DNA from: an uncultured Phycisphaeraceae bacterium
GTDB taxonomy: Bacteria > Planctomycetota > Phycisphaerae > UBA1845
Assembly: GCA_964637715.1 (NCBI GenBank)
Contig: CAZWWW010000003.1
Span: 1-24,446, forward strand
DNA length: 24,446 bases
Reading direction: 5' to 3'
The position numbers and the translations under genes were made by a program. Shown here in pieces: positions 8,743 to 16,773 of this stretch; the first letter of the stretch is position 1, and every line of letters begins with the position of its first letter. The notes beneath the pieces were generated by a model. That model worked only from the letters and a program-made list of their open reading frames with translations, was not told the DNA's origin and did no database searches.

Positions 8743-10722
8743 ATGTCGCAAGTCGTTAGTTACACACTGCCCGAACACTTGAGTGCCCGGCGCACCGCGC
8801 AGCGGCATGAACGCGTTGTGCAGATCGTCGGTCTGGCCGTTGCGCTGACGTGTTTCGTCGGGGCGGGTTTGCTGATCCGTCCGGTAAACGATATCCGTAA
8901 GTCGCGACAACTGGTGATCGATCCAAGTACGATCAAGGGGCTTCCGCCGACCATTGCACTGCTGGGCAAGCTGGCGACATTCCGGGCGCTGGCGATCGAT
9001 TGGGCGGCCATTCGCGCCGAGCGGCTCAAGGAAGAGGGGAAGGATTACGAAGCCCTGCAGTTATCCAAGACGGTCTGTTCGCTGGCGCCGCGGTTTCCCA
9101 AGCTGTGGGTCTACGCGGCGTGGAACATGGCCTATAACATTTCGGTCAATCAATACACGCCGGAGGAACGCTGGCAGTGGGTCAGTAACGGCATCAAGCT
9201 CCTCCGCGACGAAGGCATTCAATACAACCCGCGTTCCGTGACGCTCTACAAGGAACTCGCCTGGATTTACTGGCACAAGATCGGGGATTTCCTTGACGAC
9301 CATCACCTCAATTACAAACGAGCACTGGCCGTGGATATGGAACGCGTCCTGGGTGCCCCACCCGTTGTGGTCAACCAACAGGAATACTTCGACTGGTTCC
9401 GCTGGATTGTCGACGCCCCCCGCGATCTCGCCGCCTTTATAGCGTCCGATCCGGACATAAAGCAACTGGTTGTGGCGTTGAAGGGGCTTGATCTCGCCCC
9501 GGACCTGTCCTTGCTCGAGTTCGTTGCACGTAACATGCGTCCCGAGCTGAGCGTCGAGTCGCTGCGGGAAGAACCGACCCCGGAGAAATCCGCCAAAGCA
9601 AAGCGGCTCGCCCTGATCACATCGCCGGAGCACAAAGAGACCGCCGACCGACTACTGGCTGCGGTTCGCTCCGACGTACTGCGCAACAAATACAAGTTCG
9701 ATCTCGATTTCATGTTCAAGCTGATGACCGAGAAGTACGGTCCGCTCGACTGGCGGAACGCCTTTGCTCATTCTCTTTATTGGTCCAGCTACGGCGACCG
9801 GATCAACAAGGGCTACGCGCGCACCGATGCGGCCGATTCCATGAACACGGCGCGGTTCGTGTTTTTCTCGCTGCAGAACCTGATCACCCGTGGGCACATG
9901 ATCCTGTTCCCCAATTTCGACGATCCGTTTTCGTCCTATATCGAGCTGACACCCGACACCCGATACATTCCCTACCTCTATCAGACCTATCTAAGGCTTG
10001 GGAAAGAGCAATTCGGTGATGACCGGCGGTTCAAGGAAGGAACGCCGGGTCCGAACTATATGAACGGGTTCGTTACGAATATGGAGCAGTGGATCCAGTT
10101 GCTCTATTTCGAGGGCGGTGAAAAGAACCTCTCGATGGCCGAGAACTTCTACGCCTGGTTGCGGCAGAACAACCCCAGTCCGGACGGTTCGACACAAGAG
10201 CGTTACACGAAAACGCTCGACGATTTCGTCATGGGACAGATTCTTGCGCAACTGGACACCTGGCGGGCGGCGGCGGCCATCGTCAGGCAGTTTACGCGGC
10301 GTGCCTTGAAGGAGTTCAGTCTCGGGCAGATTCAGCCCGCCATCGGCGCCATGTCGCTCGCCCGCAAGTGTTATGACTATTGGATGGCACCCACGAACGT
10401 CGACATCACGGAACGGCGCAAGCTTCAGGAACCGGTGGTCATGCTGCGCGACGAGATCATCGAGTTCATTCAGGATCCGCGCTACGAGCCACTGTTCAAA
10501 GCCCGTTTGTGGAAGAACCTGCCGCTGCGCCAGCGTCAGATGGCCTATGACGCGCTCGCGCCTTATTTCAAGAAGCTTTGCGCCGAGCAGGATCCGCCCT
10601 GGTCGATCATACGTGCGTTCCCCGAACCGCCCGGAATGATCGAGTTCCGCAAGACCAATATCGAATACCGCGGCGCGCCGCGTCGAAAAGGCGTCGACGA
10701 AGGTAAGCGGTTCAAGAAATAA
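8743..10722 (+). CDS. Hypothetical protein (659 aa, N-terminal membrane anchor, W/Y-rich soluble domain)
   Basis: Long ORF on the same strand 155 nt after the ABC-2 permease. One predicted TM helix (VVQIVGLAVALTCFVGAGLLI). No motif recognised. Composition and codon usage are consistent with neighbouring genes. Confidence 0.6.
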   Translation: MSQVVSYTLPEHLSARRTAQRHERVVQIVGLAVALTCFVGAGLLIRPVNDIRKSRQLVIDPSTIKGLPPTIALLGKLATFRALAIDWAAIRAERLKEEGKDYEALQLSKTVCSLAPRFPKLWVYAAWNMAYNISVNQYTPEERWQWVSNGIKLLRDEGIQYNPRSVTLYKELAWIYWHKIGDFLDDHHLNYKRALAVDMERVLGAPPVVVNQQEYFDWFRWIVDAPRDLAAFIASDPDIKQLVVALKGLDLAPDLSLLEFVARNMRPELSVESLREEPTPEKSAKAKRLALITSPEHKETADRLLAAVRSDVLRNKYKFDLDFMFKLMTEKYGPLDWRNAFAHSLYWSSYGDRINKGYARTDAADSMNTARFVFFSLQNLITRGHMILFPNFDDPFSSYIELTPDTRYIPYLYQTYLRLGKEQFGDDRRFKEGTPGPNYMNGFVTNMEQWIQLLYFEGGEKNLSMAENFYAWLRQNNPSPDGSTQERYTKTLDDFVMGQILAQLDTWRAAAAIVRQFTRRALKEFSLGQIQPAIGAMSLARKCYDYWMAPTNVDITERRKLQEPVVMLRDEIIEFIQDPRYEPLFKARLWKNLPLRQRQMAYDALAPYFKKLCAEQDPPWSIIRAFPEPPGMIEFRKTNIEYRGAPRRKGVDEGKRFKK

Positions 10723-10915
10723 ACGCCTGTCCTATGCCGCGCGAGGCGTTCCACGAGGCCTTTCTACGTCGCTACAGCACAGTCGGTTTTCGTGTGGCGA
10801 TCCGTCGCGGGCGTTCCCCTTTACAAAGGGGAGATGGTGGGGGCCGTTGCAACACAATAGTTTATTGTATGCTATTGACCGGCGGCGCGGCATCGATTTG
10901 CTTCGGACCCCGTTC

Positions 10916-12049
10916 TTATCCACAAGGACCCTCATTCGTCGCAACGGGCAGGGGGATGCCGGCGCCGTAGGTACGATCGGGCGGGGTGGGCTCAAACACG
11001 CCCGGTATGATCGTACCGCAATGGGGACAGGTCGAATCCTTCATGGCATTGTGTTCCACAAAGAACCCCCGACGTTTGATAAGCACCGCATCACACGATG
11101 GGCAGTGTGTGCTCTCTCTCGACCCGACGCCACCCGGCAGGTTTCCGGGATAAACAAAGCGCAGACCGGCTGAGCGACCGATCTCATAAGCGCGCAACAA
11201 GGTCTCCGGCGGCGTGCGCGGCGGGTCGGTCATTTTGTAGTCGGGATGAAAGGCCGTTACGTGCCACGGAATGTCATAAGATACACCCGCCAGAAACTCG
11301 GCGATGTCGCGCAATTCCTCGTCGCTGTCGTTAAAACCGGGTATGACGAGTGTGACGATTTCGACCCAAAAGCCCATCTGCTTCACGCGCCAAATCGTAT
11401 CGAGGACGTTCTGTAGTATCCCGCCGAGTTCACGATAGCGCTTGTCGCGAAAGCTCTTGAGGTCGATTTTGTACAGATCCACGTAGGGGCGGATGAACTC
11501 GAGGACCTGCGGTGTGGCGTTGCCGTTGCTGACGAATCCGCAGATAATGCCCTGCTGTTTGGCGCGTTTGAAGATTTCGACGGCCCAGTCGGCGGTGATG
11601 AGCGGTTCGTTGTAGGTGCTGACCATCACGGGCGTTTTGTAGCGGACAGCCATCTCGACCAGCCGGTCGGGCGTCAGGAAGTTGGGTCGGGAGACGGCTT
11701 TGTCGTCGCGCAGCGCCTGGCTAGTGACCCAGTTCTGGCAGTAGCCGCAGTGCAGGTCACATCCCAGCATCCCGAACGAAAGGGCGTCGCGCGCCGGGAA
11801 TGCGTGATAGAAGGGTTTCTTTTCGATGGGGTCTATCTGCAAACCGGCGACGTACCCCGCTGGAGCCCGCAGTTCGCCGCCGCTGTTGAACCGAACCCGG
11901 CAAACCCCGCCTCGTCCGGGCAGGATCGTGCAGCGGTGCCCGCACGCCAAGCACCGTACGCGACCGTCCCGCCCACGCACCACGAGCTGTGGCGCGGACG
12001 CCATCGTGTTGTCGAAAAGCAATTCTTTGAGTTGAACGGACCCAGGCAT
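10916..12049 (-). CDS. amrS: AmmeMemoRadiSam-system radical SAM enzyme (AmrS-like)
   Basis: N-terminal Cys cluster VRCLACGHRCTILPGRGGVCRVR, then IDPIEKKPFYHAFP, radical SAM motif CDLHCGYCQNW, and C-terminal zinc-ribbon-like THCPSCDAV...STCPHCGTIIPG. All of these match my recollection of the TIGR04337 family. The ORF extends to a TTG at 12076; the ATG at 12049 has a GGAG 8 nt upstream; homology would also allow the ATG at 12004. Confidence 0.8.
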   Translation of the reverse strand: MPGSVQLKELLFDNTMASAPQLVVRGRDGRVRCLACGHRCTILPGRGGVCRVRFNSGGELRAPAGYVAGLQIDPIEKKPFYHAFPARDALSFGMLGCDLHCGYCQNWVTSQALRDDKAVSRPNFLTPDRLVEMAVRYKTPVMVSTYNEPLITADWAVEIFKRAKQQGIICGFVSNGNATPQVLEFIRPYVDLYKIDLKSFRDKRYRELGGILQNVLDTIWRVKQMGFWVEIVTLVIPGFNDSDEELRDIAEFLAGVSYDIPWHVTAFHPDYKMTDPPRTPPETLLRAYEIGRSAGLRFVYPGNLPGGVGSRESTHCPSCDAVLIKRRGFFVEHNAMKDSTCPHCGTIIPGVFEPTPPDRTYGAGIPLPVATNEGPCG

Positions 12050-12167
12050 CGAGCGATCTCCGAAGGGACAAGACAACAGCGTTCTAATCTCTATTATACA
12101 TCAGGCGAGGGAATGGTCAGCCGTACCTTGAAACGGTCGGCCCCGTCTCGCTACCGAGGAGCCGACA

Positions 12168-13052
12168 TTGTCTCACAATCAGCACGACCACGAGCCGCAC
12201 GCGGGCGACGATCACCAACAGGACGAGCACAACGCGTGCCACGACGACCCGGTAATGCGTCGGGCCGACCCCGCACGCGGCGGCGTCCATCAGTCGACGC
12301 GCCCCTCGGCCCTTGTGGTGGAGCTTCGGGCTCATGTGCCGTTTTCGGTCACGGCTGTCGCCATCGGATTGATCGTCGCCGGCGCGATCTGCATTATCGG
12401 GTTGTCCGGTACGCGCGGTGCGGGTTGGAACGAGGGCGTTAGCCCGGCCCATGGGCGTTCGGTCGGCACATCGCCGGTCACGAGCGAGGGCCACGACCAC
12501 GTTGACGACCGCGACGAAGCACATTCCCCCGCGCGTCTGTTCTTTCATCTCTTCCACCCGGCGCACATGCTGTTCTCCGCCACGGCGACGGCGGCCATGT
12601 TTTTTCGCTATGATCGCCGCCGGCTCAAGGCCATTATCATCGGGCTGATCGGGGCGGTCGGCGTGTGCGGCGTGAGCGATGTGGTCATGCCGCAGATTTC
12701 GCTCATGATCCTTGGAATTCATGCGCCGTGGCACATTTGTGTGTGGGAACATCCGGGGCTGGTCTTGCCGTTTGCTTTTGTCGGTGTGCTCGTGGGGATC
12801 AGTGCATCGGCCAGCGTGATGCACGGCACCATCGTGTCCCACTCGCTGCACGTCTTCGCCTCGACGATGGCCAGTATCTTCTATATGGTTGAGCCGCTCG
12901 GCGGTACGGCGTGGATCGACATCATCGGCAAGATGTTCATCTTTATCGTTCTGGCGGTCATGGTCCCCTGTTGCTTGAGCGACATTGTCTTCCCCATGCT
13001 CATGACCCGCGCGGGGCGGGACGAGTTCGAGAGAGAACCCCACGCCCATTAG
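12168..13052 (+). CDS. His-rich polytopic membrane protein (putative metal-ion binding/transport)
   Basis: TTG start preceded by GAGGAG (6-nt spacer). N-terminal ~40 aa are very His/Asp-rich (HNQHDHEPHAGDDHQQDEHNACHDD). ≥5 hydrophobic helices with intramembrane His (HLFHPAHMLF, APWHICVWEHPG, MHGTIVSHSLHVF). The overlapping 310-aa antisense ORF (12117..13049) has R/D/H-rich junk composition and is rejected. Confidence 0.55.
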   Translation: MSHNQHDHEPHAGDDHQQDEHNACHDDPVMRRADPARGGVHQSTRPSALVVELRAHVPFSVTAVAIGLIVAGAICIIGLSGTRGAGWNEGVSPAHGRSVGTSPVTSEGHDHVDDRDEAHSPARLFFHLFHPAHMLFSATATAAMFFRYDRRRLKAIIIGLIGAVGVCGVSDVVMPQISLMILGIHAPWHICVWEHPGLVLPFAFVGVLVGISASASVMHGTIVSHSLHVFASTMASIFYMVEPLGGTAWIDIIGKMFIFIVLAVMVPCCLSDIVFPMLMTRAGRDEFEREPHAH

Positions 13053-13084
13053 CGCATAAAATCTTTTTCACGTGCCGGTTTTTC

Positions 13085-13345
13085 GATGGTTGATCTCGGT
13101 ACGTGAGCTTGCTCTATCGCATTCTCAATCCAAACGTAGCAGCGGATCACCACGCATGCTCTGGTGGCATCGGAACCGGACGCTACCATCGGATTGAGCT
13201 TGCTCGAGCTGACAACGCCTTGTGCCCTACAAAAGATCAGCCGTTCTTAGAGCAAGCTCTATTATTATGTAGCGGTCGAATCACCGTTTCACCCGGAGAA
13301 TCGACTCGATACGGCGATACACAATAACGGATATTGCTGTAGCGG
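13085..13345. repeat. Low-GC, highly structured intergenic element (nested stems); its right ~55 nt are repeated inverted at 24390..24446
   Basis: Nested complementary pairs: GAGCTTGCTCT(13105-13115)/AGAGCAAGCTC(13247-13257); CTCAATC(13122)/GATTGAG(13190); GTAGC/GCTAC; CACCA/TGGTG; GCTGA/TCAGC. GC is well below the window average. Lies between convergent gene ends. The segment 13289-13343 is near-identical to the reverse complement of 24390-24446. Confidence 0.5.
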
Positions 13346-13349
13346 GCTG

Positions 13350-14249
13350 TCAGCGCAATACCACGAGGACATATACGCCCAGCATCCAGCAATAGAGGGC
13401 GAAATAGTGCAGCTTCGCCCGGCGCACCACGGTGAGTAGTACGCGCAGTGCGATCATGCCTACCAGGAAGGACGCCCCGGCACCGACCAGCAAGGGTCCC
13501 CAGGGGATGGCTTGGAACTGCTCGGGGGGCAGCGCGAGCGTATCGCGCAGCTTGAGCAGCGTTCCACCAAGGATAGCCGGTGCGGCGATCAGGAAGCTGA
13601 ACTCCGCCGCCCATTGGCGCCGAAGTCCGCAGTAGGACGCGACACACAATGTCGCCCCACTCCGCGATATACCGGGAAGAATCGCCCCCGCCTGGGCCAC
13701 CCCGACCAGCGCCGCCTGCCACCAACGGAAGCTCCGCCACCCGCGTCGTCCGCGGGGAACCACCGCGAGCGCTCCCAGCAGCGTGCCGGTTATCAGCAGA
13801 CACACGCCGATCCACGTCGGTCGATCGAAGGCCGACTCGAACGTGTCTTTGAACATCAGTCCGATCACACCGGTGGGTACGCAGGCAACGATTGCGAGCA
13901 GGATAATCCGAAGCGCGGGTCGAGCCGCCCATCTCGTTCGCTCGGAGTTTTTTGCCGATCCGGGCGGATCGATGGGGGCGCGCAATCCGCGCGGATCATT
14001 CAGTCGTTTGCCGTCGCGCACGGCGGCGCGGAGCAGTCGGCTAATCGGTTCACGAAACACGACCAACACCGCCAGCAGCGTGGCGATATGAGCGAGCACG
14101 TCGAAGAGCAGGAGTGTGGGATGGTTGGGATCAAGCTTTAACCACCGCTGCGCCAGGGCGAGATGGGCGCTGCTGCTGATGGGTAGAAACTCTGTAATCC
14201 CCTGAAGCACGCCGAGCGCGAGCGATTCCACATAACCCAGGTCGTTCAC
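13350..14249 (-). CDS. uppP: Undecaprenyl-diphosphate phosphatase UppP/BacA
   Basis: Matches the UppP N-terminal motif (LALGVLQGITEFLPISSSAHLAL) and is polytopic over ~270 aa. The ORF is open up to 14435, but that part overlaps the pgsA C-terminus. The GTG at 14249 overlaps the pgsA stop (GTGA) and is the likely start. Confidence 0.85.
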   Translation of the reverse strand: MNDLGYVESLALGVLQGITEFLPISSSAHLALAQRWLKLDPNHPTLLLFDVLAHIATLLAVLVVFREPISRLLRAAVRDGKRLNDPRGLRAPIDPPGSAKNSERTRWAARPALRIILLAIVACVPTGVIGLMFKDTFESAFDRPTWIGVCLLITGTLLGALAVVPRGRRGWRSFRWWQAALVGVAQAGAILPGISRSGATLCVASYCGLRRQWAAEFSFLIAAPAILGGTLLKLRDTLALPPEQFQAIPWGPLLVGAGASFLVGMIALRVLLTVVRRAKLHYFALYCWMLGVYVLVVLR

Positions 14250-14866
14250 GCCGCCGCGCTTTCTTGAAGGATGTAGCGGGAGCGGATCAAGTATTGAATC
14301 ATGGACAGGGCGGTCACAATGACCGTCGCCCACGCCAGGGTCGATTTGATCCAACCCCCGACACCGCCGAACGCCCCCGCCTGTTCCCGCGCGATAATGA
14401 ACAGAATCACCGGAACCGCGATGCTTTGCATCCACATCTTCAACTTGCCGTGGATCGACGCGCCGAACCGTTTACCCATTGATTCGTTGAATCCGCGCAG
14501 CCCGGTGACCAGCAATTCGCGCACCACAATCACCACGGCCATCCACGCATGGACACCCGTGACGTTGTGCCCGCTTTCATCAACGAACCCCGAGCCGACG
14601 AACAACACGAACGCCCCGCAAACGAGCACTTTATCGACCAGCGGATCCAGCACGCGCCCCAGCGGCGTAATCAGACCATATTTCCGTGCGATATAGCCAT
14701 CGAGAAAATCGGTGGCGGCGGCGATCACGAACAAAACCCACGCGGCGTCGAGCTTCCACGTCTCCGGGGCGCGTTGTACGTACTGAGACAGCAGCGCGAC
14801 AAAGATGATGGCCAGTACGAGCCGGGCCAGCGTGATCCGATTGGGTAGATTCAGTGAATGCCTCAT
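14246..14866 (-). CDS. pgsA: CDP-diacylglycerol--glycerol-3-phosphate 3-phosphatidyltransferase (CDP-alcohol phosphatidyltransferase family)
   Basis: CDP-OH phosphatidyltransferase signature DFLDGYIARKYGLITPLGRVLDPLVDKVLV. N-terminus LPNRITLARLVL. The ATG at 14866 overlaps the rimO stop. The ORF is open to 14935. Confidence 0.85.
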   Translation of the reverse strand: MRHSLNLPNRITLARLVLAIIFVALLSQYVQRAPETWKLDAAWVLFVIAAATDFLDGYIARKYGLITPLGRVLDPLVDKVLVCGAFVLFVGSGFVDESGHNVTGVHAWMAVVIVVRELLVTGLRGFNESMGKRFGASIHGKLKMWMQSIAVPVILFIIAREQAGAFGGVGGWIKSTLAWATVIVTALSMIQYLIRSRYILQESAAA

Positions 14867-16311
14867 GCACTCAACACGGACAAGGAAACCTGTGTGGGAT
14901 GGGCGACGAGGTCGTATCCGTCGCGCCCGGTGCACCGAACGTGTACCATCGTACCGGGCGCCGCGATGCAGTTCGTCACCCGCGTCACACCATCGACGAA
15001 GGGCGCCTGACCTTCATGCCGCGCTTGAACGGTTCGGCCACTCACCCGCTCATCCACCAGCACGTCAAACGTCGAACCCACGCGCTGATCCGCCAGGGCG
15101 AATGCGACGTCCTGCTGAGTGGCCATCAACGCGTCGACGCGCTCACTCTTGATCTTTTCGGGAATCTGTTCCTTCATCCGACCGGCGGGCGTATCAGGCT
15201 CCAACGAGTAGGGAAACACGCCGAGGGCATCGAAACCGAAGTCGCGCACGAAGGTGACAAGCTCATTGAATTCTGCGTCGGTTTCGCCTGGGAAGCCCGC
15301 GATCATCGTCGTGCGAACGGTGACGCCGGGGATGCGCTCGCGGATACGTTCGAGCAATCGTTCGGTGGATGCGCGATCGATACGCCGGTGCATGGCTTTG
15401 AGCACGCGGTCATTGATGTGTTGCAGCGGGATATCGATGTAGTTGCACACGTGCTCGGATTCGGCGATCGCATCGAGAATCTCATCCGACAGGACAGACG
15501 GGTAGACGTACATAAGTCTTACCCAGCGCAATCCGTCCACCCTGTCGAGTTGGCGAAGCAATCCGGCGAGACCATCGCCGATTTGGTCTTCCCCCAGGCC
15601 ATAGCTGGTGGTGTCTTGCCCGATCAAGCTGATTTCCACGGCGCCGTCGGACACCAACTCGCGGGCTTCGTGGAGCACAATCTCCGGCGGTTTGCAATGC
15701 ATACGCCCGCGGATGGCGGGGATCGTGCAAAAGGTACATTTCTGGTCGCACCCTTCGCTGATGCGCAGATAGGCATAGTGTCTGGGCGTCAGGCGAAGGC
15801 GGGCTGTATCGAGCTGTACGAACGGATGATAGTCCGACAGAAAGACATCCGCCTTGCGCCGTGTCGCGTTTCCACGAGCCCCGCGCTTCAATCCGCGCGA
15901 TTTCTTTACGTTCGGGCTTGTCCCGTCTACTGATACGGCGCCGTCGGGTTGACCAAGCACGGCGCGAACAATGTCATCACGGTTGTTCACCCCGACCAGC
16001 GCGTCGATACCAGTGATACGCTCGAGTATCGTTTCCTTGTCGCGTTGAACAAGGCAGCCGGCTACGACCACGCGCCGGGTACGACCGCGTTTTTTACGTC
16101 GCGTTGCGTCGCGGATCACGTCATCCGCCTCGACGCGCGACGCATCGAGAAACCCGCAGGTGTTGATGACGATCACGTCGGCGTCGTCTTCCCCGCAGAT
16201 GGCGCACCCCGCCTCGGCCAACTGCCCGAGCATCTTCTCGGAGTCGACGAGGTTCTTCGCGCATCCCAATGAGACGAACGCGACCCGCGTTAGTTCCTTG
16301 TTTCCCTGCAT
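14863..16311 (-). CDS. rimO: Ribosomal protein S12 methylthiotransferase RimO (MiaB-like radical SAM MTTase)
   Basis: MTTase N-domain (VAFVSLGCAKNLVDSE...VIVINTCGF), radical SAM CDQKCTFCTIP, and a C-terminal TRAM-like domain. Contains a basic insert (SPNVKKSRGLKRGARGNATRRKAD) relative to typical RimO. Confidence 0.9.
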   Translation of the reverse strand: MQGNKELTRVAFVSLGCAKNLVDSEKMLGQLAEAGCAICGEDDADVIVINTCGFLDASRVEADDVIRDATRRKKRGRTRRVVVAGCLVQRDKETILERITGIDALVGVNNRDDIVRAVLGQPDGAVSVDGTSPNVKKSRGLKRGARGNATRRKADVFLSDYHPFVQLDTARLRLTPRHYAYLRISEGCDQKCTFCTIPAIRGRMHCKPPEIVLHEARELVSDGAVEISLIGQDTTSYGLGEDQIGDGLAGLLRQLDRVDGLRWVRLMYVYPSVLSDEILDAIAESEHVCNYIDIPLQHINDRVLKAMHRRIDRASTERLLERIRERIPGVTVRTTMIAGFPGETDAEFNELVTFVRDFGFDALGVFPYSLEPDTPAGRMKEQIPEKIKSERVDALMATQQDVAFALADQRVGSTFDVLVDERVSGRTVQARHEGQAPFVDGVTRVTNCIAAPGTMVHVRCTGRDGYDLVAHPTQVSLSVLSA

Positions 16312-16642
16312 ACTGTCTTACTCATCCAAACCGATTTCGGGCCGCCTACGTTTTACAGGGCAACCGACCGCACGGTATAGTCCCGCCGGTATCCTTATCG
16401 ATGCAGCACGCGACGCGTGGACGAAAAGTTCCCGAGCGGTTCAGACCCGGCTCCCGGGGTCTACATCAACCACCCGTTTCCTATCTTGCGCCTTGGCTCG
16501 CGCCGGACACGTGCTCCGCCGACACAGGCGTCGCGCTCCATCATCGTCCATTGGATCACCAGTCTATCAGATTTGAGCTCCGACAAAAGCGGCCCGGGTG
16601 ACCCCGTCGCACACCGGGGGCGCGACATAATTGGCGGTCGCA

Positions 16643-16696
16643 AAAAAGGTAGGGCAGGTCGTTCTTTCGCCAAAAGGCGGAAGGTTTACCTGCCCT
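16643..16696 (-). terminator. Rho-independent terminator downstream of galE
   Basis: On the - strand: AGGGCAGGT...ACCTGCCCT stem (9 bp, with an inner CGCC/GGCG stem), immediately followed by ACCTTTTTTGC. Lies ~78 nt after the galE stop. Confidence 0.65.
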
Positions 16697-16773
16697 GTTG
16701 TACGGGCGCCGATCCTGCCACGCACGCCCTCCGCGGCTCGGACACTCGGAAGACTTGTGCTACACAGCGCGCG

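Noticed and set aside
10720-10840. Hairpins after the 659-aa gene stop (AACGCCT…AGGCGTT; CCCCTTTACAAAGGGG)
   Set aside because: Short stems without a following T-run. Weak as terminators and too ambiguous to call.
12117-13049. 310-aa - strand ORF co-extensive with the His-rich membrane protein gene
   Set aside because: Composition is R/D/H-rich with no hydrophobic periodicity or motif. The + strand ORF has a strong SD, TM helices and sensible composition.
13270-13300. GGTCGAATC resembling a tRNA T-loop
   Set aside because: The flanking 5-nt segments are not complementary, and no acceptor, D or anticodon arms could be built. It is not a tRNA.
16312-16642. Long (460 bp) non-coding gap between rimO and galE, checked for RNase P, tmRNA, SRP or 6S signatures
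   Set aside because: No conserved motifs of those RNAs were found. Only local hairpins (e.g. AGACCCGGCTCCCGGGGTCT) and the galE terminator were seen. It probably contains the rimO operon promoter.
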